The notes beneath the pieces were generated by a model, which was not told where the DNA came from, did not search any database, and worked only from the letters and a program-made list of their open reading frames with translations. The position numbers and the translations under genes are program-made. This document shows positions 52,501 through 62,296 of a stretch of 64,000 nucleotides of DNA, piece by piece. The DNA comes from Naegleria gruberi (taxonomy: Eukaryota), in NCBI GenBank assembly GCA_000004985.1, contig GG738854.1; one strand, written 5' to 3'. Each line of letters begins with the position of its first letter. The stretch's first letter is position 1.

Positions 52501-53535
52501 TTGTCAGATTCAAAGAATTCTTTATTGTATCAACCAACAGGACTTTCTATTTTACAGGATGGTAGAATCATCTTCTCAGACTTTGGAAACAATAGAGTGA
52601 GAATGTTAACACCATATTGTAAGGATGAAAAGTATTATTTGACTCAATCTTCACAAGGTATTGTCTGCAACATTACTTCATGTTATGGACTCGCCTACAA
52701 TGATGCAAAAGTTTGTTCAGGAAATGGAATTTGTTCATCATTGAATAACTGCAGCTGCTCAAGTGGATATTCTGGAAACGATTGCTCAACTGCTGATATT
52801 TGTTCTGTCTTGTCAAGCTCATATGTTTGTACAACAACGTCTCTCAACACAACTGAAACTCAAGTTACAACAGTTCAAAATGTCACTCAATTGGATTCGA
52901 AAACTATCGAGTTCTCATCTACAAGTACTGTCACTGTTTCACTGCCATCAACAATTTCACAATACTTGACAAGTGTTGATTCAACATTGAAGAATGACAC
53001 TGTTACTGTTGTCAGTTCTGTTTCATCAGCAAGCAAAGTAACAGAAACTTCTGAGGTTATTTCACCAGTCATCTCAATTGTTCTTGTCAAGTCAAGTTCT
53101 AATCAAAAAATTTCTGTCCAAAATCTCGAAGAACCAATTTCATTATATTTCAATAAGGTCAACATGACTGTTTCGAATATTGAAACCTTGAATGTAACTT
53201 GTATGTATTATGATGAAAGTGAAAAGGTATGGAAATCGGATGGGGTTGAAAGTGAAATTACAGAGATTATTCTCCACAACCTTGCTGATGGAAATGTTAC
53301 CTTGACAATTTCACTTACATGCAAGACTTTCCATTTAACTTCATTTGGAATCATTGATCAAAACTACAAGAAGGCAACTACTAACTCTAATACTGACGAT
53401 TCCACAATCTTGACAGATTACACAGTTTTAATAGGTGCCATTGTTGGTGGTGTTGGTGGATGTTGTGTTATTGCCACAATTATTACACTCATCATTGTTG
53501 TCATTATCTTTGTAAGAAGAAGAGGAAAGAAATAA
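49504..53535 (+). CDS. secreted/single-pass protein with NHL-type beta-propeller repeats, EGF-like module, GPS motif and C-terminal TM (teneurin- or PKD-REJ-like architecture)
   Basis: 1343 aa. Signal peptide 'MYRMGLFECLQLLIVCCLTLAMISCSNAQT'. More than 15 NHL-like repeats ('LYVAEYGSNKIVKF', 'LYFADTANNRIRVV', 'LYFCDSNNHAIRKID', 'FLVADFTNSRIRKY', 'ILIADYFNFRIRKI', 'LYISDAFNYRIRKI'). EGF module 'CYGLAYNDAKVCSGNGICSSLNNCSCSSGYSGNDC', Ser/Thr-rich stalk, GPS 'CMYYDESEKVWKSDGVE...LTISLTCKTFHLTSFGII' (about 53198-53350), TM 'LIGAIVGGVGGCCVIATIITLIIVVIIFV', and a short basic tail RRRGKK. Confidence 0.7.
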   Translation: MYRMGLFECLQLLIVCCLTLAMISCSNAQTRSVDYKITTLAGGLYGEGVRATNVGINGPFGVYSSSLSGGNVYYTDVSYGQVRFVDSNGISHLVAGSPTYHTGTATDSLTFANDTLNMPHSISFNSNGEMFIAEYNATRIRKVYYNSTIGDYSMITVAGGGSSLSSNISALNAKFSQPRCVVVSPNNEVYICDTGNYMIRKIVNGVVYNIVGNGQQGSSTDGTLAVNAKVSLVLSVAFHPVSGELFFSDYSNNAIKYVMNNGSIFTYATSSGPYGIAFDSSGDNLYVAEYGSNKIVKFTNGVRSVIVNTLGTKSFSGDGGSSLSATINLPAGIALNGNNLYFADTANNRIRVVNLQTSIVNTIAGDGTARFLGAYSGSRSDVSLFRPETTFYNSQTDELLVADTLNHRVVRINSLTNINTSPIESIAGYTGIASNDVAGKLGNQTYLNYPYSVAQSETSGDVYFGTTNFVYKWGKKDQKITLIAGSSSTLAGDNYLAVGSQLYQPAGMAFASNGDLYFCDSNNHAIRKIDTQGVITTLTGNGTAGFQDGDAASALFNSPASIALLPNGDFLVADFTNSRIRKYVASTKQVVTIAGNSTLGFYGDNGLASKALLNKPTGVFYNSTSGDILIADYFNFRIRKISNNTGIITTIAGSGSTSYNGDGLAATSTSMAPYGLAVNPISGELFFTDNANFLVRRIDASSKVHTVIGVAKSTIFNVTSLANSTGLSSISFLTFSPSGDLYVSCFGQHVIKKMSYGSDIVYNVAGTGNTDLNGDGLEATLTNLYQPIAVAYSPTSSELYFSDYLHDRVRKITSSGLVETVAGGLGDKGLAVNAKIRGVSSILLVDNDLYISDAFNYRIRKISLSTGIIDSIVGASYASIYNGDNLANQTNINYVWDLRIQNGELVFADMNNNLIRKTSLSGKGKVTTIAGMGTNNASIIIDNVKATSAYLKNPGSVAFLPTGDMIIAETEGHIIRKVDLNGNISLIAGSFFQPGFNGDLSDSKNSLLYQPTGLSILQDGRIIFSDFGNNRVRMLTPYCKDEKYYLTQSSQGIVCNITSCYGLAYNDAKVCSGNGICSSLNNCSCSSGYSGNDCSTADICSVLSSSYVCTTTSLNTTETQVTTVQNVTQLDSKTIEFSSTSTVTVSLPSTISQYLTSVDSTLKNDTVTVVSSVSSASKVTETSEVISPVISIVLVKSSSNQKISVQNLEEPISLYFNKVNMTVSNIETLNVTCMYYDESEKVWKSDGVESEITEIILHNLADGNVTLTISLTCKTFHLTSFGIIDQNYKKATTNSNTDDSTILTDYTVLIGAIVGGVGGCCVIATIITLIIVVIIFVRRRGKK

Positions 53536-53595
53536 ACCAAGATAATCACTTTATATTTTACAAATCTGCTATATTGATATAATTGAAACTGTATT

Positions 53596-54525
53596 TTAAT
53601 TAATAAGTTCAATTACAGTGTTTTCTTGCAAATTCGAAACCAAAGGTTGCAAACAAACAATACATGGCAAATGATCCGATGCATTTTCCTTATACTCACT
53701 CAATACCTTACTCGAAATCAATTTAAACTGATCCTTTCTTCCAAAAATGTGATCATAACTTCCCCACAATGAAAATGGGCCTTTCAGTGGCCAATACCAA
53801 GTTGTTTGATTTTCAATAAAATCATGGAATTTCATTTCTTTGAGGAGGGAGGCATAGTTAGATTGGAATATTCCAGATTGACTTGTTTCGTTGAAATCTC
53901 CTAAAATGATGAGTGGATAGGAACATTTTTGTAATGCTTGTTTCGTATAACTCTCAACTTCATTTCGTCTTACTGAAACGGTTTGATAGAGAAAGGCACT
54001 AATATGTTGTAAATTTCCACCTTCGAATGAGAGAGGAGGTCTCAAATGTAAATTCAATACTTGATAATTAACAGAATCTTCAAGTTTCGAATTCTTTCTT
54101 GTCACAATAATATGCATGGCATCAAAATAACTTCCCTCCACATTACTACTCAACATTTCCACATCCAAATTGAGATTAGCTTTAGCCATCACTCCAGTTC
54201 CACTTGCTAAATAAACATTCGTCTTGGAATGATCCCAAACTTGATTTGGATATTGAGTAGAAAGTGTTGTACTATTCGAAACTGCAATTTCCCACCCAAC
54301 ATGAGTCTCCTGTAAACAAATCAAATCAACATTATCCACATTCTCCTTCATGGCTTGTAAAACTCGTTGACCATTATACGAAAGTGCTCCATCATAATTA
54401 ACACCACCAAAATTCACATTAAACGACATGATTCGAAGAATAGGAAGAGATTTCCGTGATTCTATTAAATCATTTAAAATAGACTGTGGGTTGCGTAATG
54501 ATGTATTGTTTGGAGGTAACGACAT
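53596..54525 (-). CDS. endonuclease/exonuclease/phosphatase (EEP) family protein
   Basis: 309 aa; ATG after an A-run. EEP motifs: 'LRIMSFNVNFGG' (N-terminal strand and Asn), 'DLICLQETH' (catalytic Glu), 'LIILGDFNE' (Asp-Asn) and 'SDHLP' (C-terminal His). Confidence 0.65.
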   Translation of the reverse strand: MSLPPNNTSLRNPQSILNDLIESRKSLPILRIMSFNVNFGGVNYDGALSYNGQRVLQAMKENVDNVDLICLQETHVGWEIAVSNSTTLSTQYPNQVWDHSKTNVYLASGTGVMAKANLNLDVEMLSSNVEGSYFDAMHIIVTRKNSKLEDSVNYQVLNLHLRPPLSFEGGNLQHISAFLYQTVSVRRNEVESYTKQALQKCSYPLIILGDFNETSQSGIFQSNYASLLKEMKFHDFIENQTTWYWPLKGPFSLWGSYDHIFGRKDQFKLISSKVLSEYKENASDHLPCIVCLQPLVSNLQENTVIELIN

Positions 54526-54703
54526 TTTTTTTTTGTAAATTTGTGAGTGTTGAACTTTTGTTCGAAAGTAATGAATGAAAATTAGTAAAGAACTGTGAAC
54601 TTTTGATGACGTAAAAGTAATCGTTGCAAACTAAACGATTCAACTTATTATTATTCAGATATGAATCTGTACATCCAATATTATTTAGTCTTCTCTTTCT
54701 CAT

Positions 54704-56623
54704 TTACCATTTTTTACTTTCACAAATTGAATCGACAATTGGGTGAATTTGGATGAGGAATTCGCTCAATTGCTCATTAAAAGATCCACTTCGCATACTA
54801 CCCATTGCAGCAGCAATTCTGTTTTTCATGAGAGTTGGAGCGAATTCTGATGGATTCTCTAAGGCACATTCAATTGCCATCTTGAATAAGGAAAAATTCT
54901 TCTGAGTACTATCGGTATGTATAATATCCAACAAGATTCTAAAAATGTTATCCTCTGTAATTGCCAACAACTTTTTGTGAATAGCTCTCACATGCACTGG
55001 TAAGGCAATCTTGGGGGAGAATAAACTTGAGAAGCATAAGGGAGTATGAGCTGCCTCTTTGACAATGCTTGGAGATGTTGCAAGATTTTCATACTCTTCC
55101 TCTTTCATCTCTACAAATAATGGATAGAGTGCTTCAAAAACTAACATGCAATCACTTGGTTTATAGATCCACTTTGCTTGTCTGCATGCTTCACCAACTC
55201 TTTGAATAAGGTAGAAAAGAGGATTGGAAGATTTGTAAACTATTTGGAAAATATCACAAATTGGTAAAAAGTGCCTTCTCATCTTTTTCAATGATTGCAC
55301 TATTGAATGGCTCTTCTTTTTGAAATCCGCCATTGATAAGCTGGTATCAATAAACAAGTGCACCGGAGAGAAATTCAAATAGTCACTTTTCAATTGTGAA
55401 AGAAAATTTTTGTTTTTCTGAATATCCATAATAATATCCACAATTTCAATCCTAACATTCTGTATGGAACTGATTAAAAAATCATTACTGCTACAACAAA
55501 TTTGTGTGATATTGGAGAGCTTAGAGTTCTTGGTTAAAAACTCTTTCAAAACACTTGGAGATTCGATTGATTGAAGAACCTTTGCAGAGCCAATTGGGAT
55601 TTCTTCCTCAAGATAAATAATTTTGCTAATTTGGTCTGGATCAAATCCGCATTCCTTGATATATTGGAATTTGTCTGAAATGTTAGAATAATATTTTCTA
55701 TCAGATGCTAAAAGAGGATACCTCCTTAATTGCTTTTGTAAAAACTTCAAGAATCGTCTCCATTCCACCTGTGTTGGTGCTTCATTGGAGGGCTCTTGTT
55801 GGGGCTCTTTTTTTTTCAAACGTTCTCTTTTGATCCATGGTGAGAATGCTAAACTTGGCTGTGAGAGGAACGCTTGGTAGAACCAAACTGGCTCATATCT
55901 AGATCTCAATACTGCCGAATAAACAGGTTCACTAAGAATGTATTGACTAGCTGGTAATACTTGTATCATGTTGGATGAAACTCTTGAATTGGAGAGAACA
56001 AGATCAGGATTTCTAATGCATTGATAGAGTCCTTCCCAAATCAATTTGACAACCAACAAATCATAACAATCATCTATTAAAAAGGAATAAAATGTTTTCT
56101 TTGAAACTCTAATAAGATTGTAAAATTCGCTAACAATTTCATCAATAATCAATTGTCTCATAAACAAGCTCTCTGCAAAAATAGCACGAGAGCTTGCTAA
56201 ATACTTGAATTCTCCATGCTTGGTTCCAAAGTAATGATATCCATTTGTATTTTCCTTTATCCAAGCAACAATCCTTTGATTGGAAAACAAACTATGCAAC
56301 ACTTGACTCAACACCATTGTTGACTTTCTCCTATCGTTGAAATCAATACTCGCTCCACTTGTAATCTTTTCAAAATGTGAATAAAAAGGAAAAATGTAAT
56401 CCATCACTTGTAGCAACACTTCAAAGGATAATTCATTAAAACGAGTCTTGATCTTTTTCTTGATCAGAATTGGCGTGTTTGTATTTTTCGATTTACTTTC
56501 TTTTTCATCATCGGAATTAATTTCCAATAATTCCTCATCTTTATAAAATTCATCATCACCATCATCACTACTGTAGCCTTCCAATTCTTCAAGCAAGGAG
56601 GTTGCTGATACGCCTTTCACCAT
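54704..56623 (-). CDS. hypothetical protein (~640 aa)
   Basis: ATG at 56623 in the context 'aaaaaaaATGgtg'; the track's earlier start at 56668 lies in AT-rich leader. Acidic N-terminal segment 'EELEGYSSDDGDDEFYKDEELLEINSDDEKE', then a largely helical body; no family assigned. Confidence 0.5.
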   Translation of the reverse strand: MVKGVSATSLLEELEGYSSDDGDDEFYKDEELLEINSDDEKESKSKNTNTPILIKKKIKTRFNELSFEVLLQVMDYIFPFYSHFEKITSGASIDFNDRRKSTMVLSQVLHSLFSNQRIVAWIKENTNGYHYFGTKHGEFKYLASSRAIFAESLFMRQLIIDEIVSEFYNLIRVSKKTFYSFLIDDCYDLLVVKLIWEGLYQCIRNPDLVLSNSRVSSNMIQVLPASQYILSEPVYSAVLRSRYEPVWFYQAFLSQPSLAFSPWIKRERLKKKEPQQEPSNEAPTQVEWRRFLKFLQKQLRRYPLLASDRKYYSNISDKFQYIKECGFDPDQISKIIYLEEEIPIGSAKVLQSIESPSVLKEFLTKNSKLSNITQICCSSNDFLISSIQNVRIEIVDIIMDIQKNKNFLSQLKSDYLNFSPVHLFIDTSLSMADFKKKSHSIVQSLKKMRRHFLPICDIFQIVYKSSNPLFYLIQRVGEACRQAKWIYKPSDCMLVFEALYPLFVEMKEEEYENLATSPSIVKEAAHTPLCFSSLFSPKIALPVHVRAIHKKLLAITEDNIFRILLDIIHTDSTQKNFSLFKMAIECALENPSEFAPTLMKNRIAAAMGSMRSGSFNEQLSEFLIQIHPIVDSICESKKW

Positions 56624-56708
56624 TTTTTTTAATAAATTTAAATTTGTAAAAAGATTACAAAAATTCAAGTTTGAAATTGAACTAAAAATTACTTATGTTT
56701 AGTGTGAT

Positions 56709-57533
56709 TTAGTTTATAAAGTTAAAGAAAACATCTGTATATTGGGTGTTGGCTCTCAGGTTGACAGAGATTTTCATCTTTTTCTTTTCCATCTTTTCCA
56801 AAACTTTGGAAATTACTAAATTAAATTCTTCTTGCACATCATCTTTCAATATATAATGCTTTGCATTTCGATAATTTGCCCCAAACTTCAACAATAATTC
56901 AATCATTTCTTCATCTTTAAGTTCAAATGCACGATACAAGGCAGTAATCATCGAATGATCATTAAATTGGTCAACCTTAGCCCCCTTCTCTAATAAATAT
57001 TGAGCTACATTATAATGTCCATTTTCTACAGCAACATAGAGTGGATACTTTTCACAATCATAATGCCCCCTTGATGGTATACAGTAACAATCTAGATTCA
57101 CACTAAATTTTTCAAAATACCACCAAATTATCCCAAAATATCCTTTTTGAAGTGGTTTCATGATAGGAGCAATGAATTCACCATATCTACCACCACGATT
57201 CCTTGGAGAAACAATGTCAATGTGTGGCAAGATTAATTTAACAATTTCCAAATGATTCATTTCACATGCCAAATACAGACATTCAGATAATCGCTTCTCC
57301 TTGATTTTTCCATTAAATAATTCGTCTTTATTATTCAATAATTCATCCAATAATAATTTAAATATTGATAAAAATCCATATTTCGATGCCAATTCCAGTC
57401 CAACAATTACATCTTGATGAAAATCTGACAATTTAATTGCATTCTCATGATAATCATGAATAAAATTCCAAACTCCGACACTGTCTCCTGTTGAAATAAG
57501 TTTGAAAAACTCTTCCCTTGCCAATGTTTCCAT
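56709..57533 (-). CDS. ankyrin-repeat protein
   Basis: ATG at 57533 (A8 context); the track start at 57545 is TTG. ANK repeats: 'LYLACEMNHLEIVKLIL', 'YPLYVAVENGHYNVAQYLLEKGAKVDQ', 'TALYRAFELKDEEMIELLLKFGANY'. Confidence 0.6.
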   Translation of the reverse strand: METLAREEFFKLISTGDSVGVWNFIHDYHENAIKLSDFHQDVIVGLELASKYGFLSIFKLLLDELLNNKDELFNGKIKEKRLSECLYLACEMNHLEIVKLILPHIDIVSPRNRGGRYGEFIAPIMKPLQKGYFGIIWWYFEKFSVNLDCYCIPSRGHYDCEKYPLYVAVENGHYNVAQYLLEKGAKVDQFNDHSMITALYRAFELKDEEMIELLLKFGANYRNAKHYILKDDVQEEFNLVISKVLEKMEKKKMKISVNLRANTQYTDVFFNFIN

Positions 57534-59340
57534 TTTTTTTGACAATGTTTACCAGTCTGCATATCCAACACAATGAATGTTACACTGATGTCAAAGAAGT
57601 TCAGAGGAACATACCTGTCAAATGCCTTTGACATCATCATAGACTCCTCTACTAGTGTTCTAGGCTACTTTTCAGGCAAAAGACATTTTAGGCTATTATT
57701 TGATGGACAAAAGTTCTTGGTGTTGCCTTGTATGTATTAATAACACCGAACAAATACACGTTCCATTATTTTCCACCATTAAGAAAAAATATTTCAGCCC
57801 AAACACACATTGGGAACACTTTGGTGATTTTCAGAGTGATTTCACCCCATGAATCCACCAAACTTTCACATCATCATCTCAACATCATCCTAATAGTATT
57901 ACTGGTAGTATTTTTTATTATTGGATTGTGATTATAAATTTGGAATTTAATTTTCACTTGGGAAAAATTCAAGTTGGTAAACCATCATCGGAACAACTTC
58001 CAACCATCATCATTGTTATTTATCATCATTATAATAGTAATATTTGTGGAAATAAATCTGATAATAGTAATATTTTAGTGAAATTCAATATTTTCACTAA
58101 AATCATCATCACTGCCAGATTCATATGGTAATTTGGAAAACTTTCAATCTAGTATTGTTCAGCATGGTCGATTCCATCAGGTAAAATCACTTCCGAACAT
58201 TTTCCTATTGGTTATCATCATGATAGGTTCATGTATATTTTCAACATGTACATGGACCATAACTCAACATGTACTTCACCAACTTGGAAAATGTCTTTCA
58301 TAACTACTATTCAAATACATAATAAACAATATATTTATTATCAGTTTTTCATCATTTTGTTGTTTTACCAACTTCGGAATATTCATGATAACATATCATG
58401 ATTCATGCCAAAAGTACATAGCCAAACTTCTTGAAACATTAATAAACTGTTATTAGTATTATTGTAGATGTACCATATCAAATATTTCGTTTTATTTCGA
58501 TGAGATCATAAAGATCTTAAATTTCTCTCTAAACATGCAAGTTCTCAGCCTAACCAGATGTTCACCATGTCAAAACATCAAAATAATAAATTTCATTGTA
58601 CTTTTGTATCACACATTAATTTATTGTGTTAAATTCATTGAATTGGAGATTTTAAATTTTTAAAAACTAATCTGTGATTATTTACCAATTAAATATACTT
58701 CTTTAATACTTGATAATTCATAAAATCCTAGTAGATATTGAATAGGTTCATAAAACAAGATATTACACATAATGGCTCTAAATTCATGCTAATAGAGCTT
58801 GTTTAATGAGACTTATCATATTAATGATATTTCCTACCTTAACAGATAAGTGTTGTCTAATTGGATTCTATTTGTGCAAGGCCTAATTCCATCCCTAATA
58901 TAGCAGACTTTTAGGGATGGATAATTTTAATGGAATCTATCCTAGAAGTATTTTTCGCCTGGAAGGTTCATACCAACGAATTTAACTGCCTGGGTCTTCA
59001 TGCGAGTTTTTATCGCCTATAACAACTAGTTCGGCTTCAGACATTCTCTCCTCGGTTGTTGGTCTAAATGACTACTCAGTATATGTGTTAAATTAATTAA
59101 GGAATTGGATGAAGTATATTAAGCCAAGAAATTTCATGAACCAAACAGCTTGGGATCTCACTAACATTTAAAGTCAACCTGGAAACTTGTTCAGCCTCTC
59201 ATTAACCTCAAACCTTACTCAATGCACACAATTCACAATCGGCTGCAATTCAAGTAATACTTGTTTAGTAAAATATTAACTCCGACACTATCTCCTCTAA
59301 TCGACTACAATGTAAATTCAATGAAAAGATTGAAAAAGCT

Positions 59341-59988
59341 TTATTTCTTTCCACAGAAAGTAAACTTTCCTTTAAGACATTCTTCAAGTTTTTCCCTATC
59401 ATCATATTCAAAACTATTCTTACATGAATTATTTTCCCAAATACGTTTTTCAGCCCAAGTTCCATTACAAGAAACAGTAAAACTTTCAGATCCAACTGAA
59501 ATACAAGTATTCAAAGGAGTTCCAGAAATTGACTTGACTGAATCATCTTTACAATCACTCTTTCCATTAATAACTGAATGCTTGATAGTCCACAACATTG
59601 GTGGATAATCACCAATATTGAAGGCACCACATTCCACTCTATAAGGATGATAAGGAGCAGTAGCTTGACACTCATTGGTAGAAATTACATTATCAGCATT
59701 AGTTAAACAATGTGAACAATTGGTATTGCAGGAAGTTTTATAGATTACTCTGACCTTATCTGAAGAAATTTGAGTACAGTGAGCAATTTCATAACCATAA
59801 TTGACTGGATCACTTGTCGGAACACAGACATTAGTTTTATCGAAAGAAACTGATTCGATATTGGTGTTGTCATTACATGATTTACCTTGTGAGTAGAATC
59901 TATATTTGATGAATTGGTTTTCTTGATGAGAGTAACAGATGGCAATGGCCAAGACGGAAAGAAGCAAGAGGATTGTGTTGAATTTCAT
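59341..59988 (-). CDS. secreted cysteine-rich protein (hypothetical)
   Basis: ATG at 59988. Signal peptide 'MKFNTILLLLSVLAIAICYS'. About 195-aa mature region with 18 Cys and several N-glycosylation sequons; no TM. Confidence 0.45.
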   Translation of the reverse strand: MKFNTILLLLSVLAIAICYSHQENQFIKYRFYSQGKSCNDNTNIESVSFDKTNVCVPTSDPVNYGYEIAHCTQISSDKVRVIYKTSCNTNCSHCLTNADNVISTNECQATAPYHPYRVECGAFNIGDYPPMLWTIKHSVINGKSDCKDDSVKSISGTPLNTCISVGSESFTVSCNGTWAEKRIWENNSCKNSFEYDDREKLEECLKGKFTFCGKK

Positions 59989-60332
59989 TTGTGTGTAATT
60001 TTTTTTAACAATTTTGTTTCGCATAAACTATTGGAAATGGCATGAGCTGTTAGAACATTGCTTTTTTGATTGTAAACCTTTCCATCGTGTGTAGTGGAAA
60101 GTCAATATTCTCGGCGAACTGTTAATTATTGTGTTACTTTTTACAATTGCTCGTTTCCTAATATTCTTCACGACTTTACAAATTTTTCTTGGTAGATTAA
60201 AAAAGACTGAGATTAAAGGTATCAAATGTTTAGGTTGCACAATTATGTTCTTAGAATTAGTTTGATTTTTATTCCCTTCAGCAGTTAACATAGTCAGTTC
60301 AGGCAGCCAAAAATCCAAGATAAAATTGCAAC

Positions 60333-60405
60333 CGCCCCACGTGGGGCTCGAACCCACGACCGTTGGATTAAAAGTCCAACGCTCTACCGACTGAGCTAGC
60401 GGGGC
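60333..60405 (-). tRNA. tRNA-Lys (anticodon UUU), second copy
   Basis: Exact reverse complement of the 17297-17369 gene. It shares the immediate flanks 'gagca|tRNA|gttgcaatttt' and is followed by T-runs on the minus strand. Confidence 0.9.
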
Positions 60406-60711
60406 TGCTCGACAATAATCCAAGGTGGGTCAATTTACAGGAATAGCTCACCAACAAAGGTCCAAGAAATGATTCTATTGAATTTTTGAATTTTTAACAT
60501 TAAAAAAATTACTATCCTCATATTACCTACAACACAACAAGAAATGTGTTACCTTAGATTATCACAATATGAATGAACTATTATTGTAAAAGAACATTAT
60601 CGAACATCCGAGCATCAAATACAGATATAAATCCTTTCTGTTCATATTCCTCCTGAGCCACAAAACATACACAAAAAAAACAAATCAACATTAGAAGGCT
60701 TTTTCATCACG

Positions 60712-62169
60712 ATGATGCAACAACAAGATACTAATTCAACAACAACAACAACAACAGAAGGAATGCTCGAGCTTCATGCAGAAGTTGATATTGTTAGAAA
60801 AGGGAGAAGATCAATTCCTTCCGAAATTTTGAGTTTAATCTTTAGTTATGCGATGGTGGATATAGTTGATGGAGAAATGATAAGAAAGGTTGGTGTATTG
60901 AGAGAGCTTGGTTCTGATTTTGTTGAGGCTATTGCAGACAATGTTAGACAATTGAATGTTGGATCCTTGTTGAGGTGTTATAAGGGAAACAAGTTGTCAG
61001 ATTATGCCTCCCACTTGTCAAGAAATATTGACAAGATTGTTCACATATTCCCAAAGCTTGAAAGATTGTTTCTTGATGGCTTGTCAGAATTGAAAGAGAA
61101 TCAATTGGAATACTTGCTAAATGAGTTGAATTTGAAGGAGATTTCAATTGTTGGATGTCCAATTAGTCAATTTAATTGTCCTGATATTGCTCAATTTGAA
61201 GTAATTACTGTTGATCAAGCTAATACAGAATTGAGATCGTCCCTATATAGACAAATATCCCTCTCCATTTACAATGGAAAGCCAAAAACTCGTGTTAAAG
61301 TGCCAGAAGGAATCAACTGCTTTCTCAAAACCCTCACTGGTACGGTATGTGAGCTAGAGCTGTCTTCAAGAGATACAGTCCATGATGTAAAAATGGTTTT
61401 CGAAGGATATTCTGGAGTTTATGCTGATAACCAACGTATGATATTTGCTGGGAAAAGATTGGCCGATGATAGGTGCTTGTACGAGTATGGTTGCACAAAT
61501 TCAGATTCAACCATTCATGTCGTATTGAGATTGTCTCAGGACTCTAATACTAAGATGCTTGACCTTCCAAATTATAACCAGATTAAATTCACTCCTCAAG
61601 AGGAATTGAAATCTTCCACTCTTTACGAACATGATGAGTTTAAAGTCTTGGAGTTGGACATTTTCAATGAGACCACGTGTGAAGTCTTAACAAAGGATAT
61701 TCTATATGAGAAAAAAGATGATTTTGACTATAACATTACCACTGTTTTGTCCAAGCCATTCAAGAGATATCTCAATACTACAGTCATTCCTTACCTTAAC
61801 AATTTGAGAAAGTTTGATAGGAAAATTCAAGAAGTGCAAGATATTTTCGTGGTTCACTACTCTCTCGAAGAGGATCAAGATTTAATCCTTCACACTGATC
61901 CTTCTTATATTACTTTGAATATTTGTGTTCATATATCGAACAATTTTACAGGAAATGAAATTGAGTTCATCACTCAAAACGAACAACAAGTGAGTGAGTT
62001 AGTGGAAAAGTGTGGATGTGGTCAGGATATTGATTCATCCATCAATTATACCTACAGAAGAGTTACACCAACAATCGGTAAAGCTTTAGTTCATCTTGGA
62101 AATCATCCTCACAAAACTCTCAACATTACCAGTGGCAATAGATTTAACATTATCTGTTGGTTGAAATAA
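60712..62169 (+). CDS. F-box / ubiquitin-like / 2OG-Fe(II) oxygenase (prolyl-4-hydroxylase-like) fusion protein
   Basis: 485 aa; ATG-ATG start. F-box 'IPSEILSLIFSYAMVD'. Ubiquitin-fold 'VKVPEGINCFLKTLTGTVCELELSSRDTVHDVKMVFEGYSGVYADNQRMIFAGKRLADDRCLYEYGCTNSDSTIHVVLRL' (compare ubiquitin '..[31 protein letters not shown]'). C-terminal oxygenase core 'LILHTDPS..ITLNICV' (HxD) and 'ALVHLGNHPHKTLNITSGNRFNIICW' (distal His and Arg). Confidence 0.6.
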   Translation: MMQQQDTNSTTTTTTEGMLELHAEVDIVRKGRRSIPSEILSLIFSYAMVDIVDGEMIRKVGVLRELGSDFVEAIADNVRQLNVGSLLRCYKGNKLSDYASHLSRNIDKIVHIFPKLERLFLDGLSELKENQLEYLLNELNLKEISIVGCPISQFNCPDIAQFEVITVDQANTELRSSLYRQISLSIYNGKPKTRVKVPEGINCFLKTLTGTVCELELSSRDTVHDVKMVFEGYSGVYADNQRMIFAGKRLADDRCLYEYGCTNSDSTIHVVLRLSQDSNTKMLDLPNYNQIKFTPQEELKSSTLYEHDEFKVLELDIFNETTCEVLTKDILYEKKDDFDYNITTVLSKPFKRYLNTTVIPYLNNLRKFDRKIQEVQDIFVVHYSLEEDQDLILHTDPSYITLNICVHISNNFTGNEIEFITQNEQQVSELVEKCGCGQDIDSSINYTYRRVTPTIGKALVHLGNHPHKTLNITSGNRFNIICWLK

Positions 62170-62296
62170 TTCTATTATGTACAATACATTGAATTTCAAA
62201 TGTTTTGTAATATTCCCTTAATATCTTAAAATATGCAAAAACACGTTTTTGGTTTTATTTTTAGAAAATTCACAAAACATAAAAAAATTTACACAC

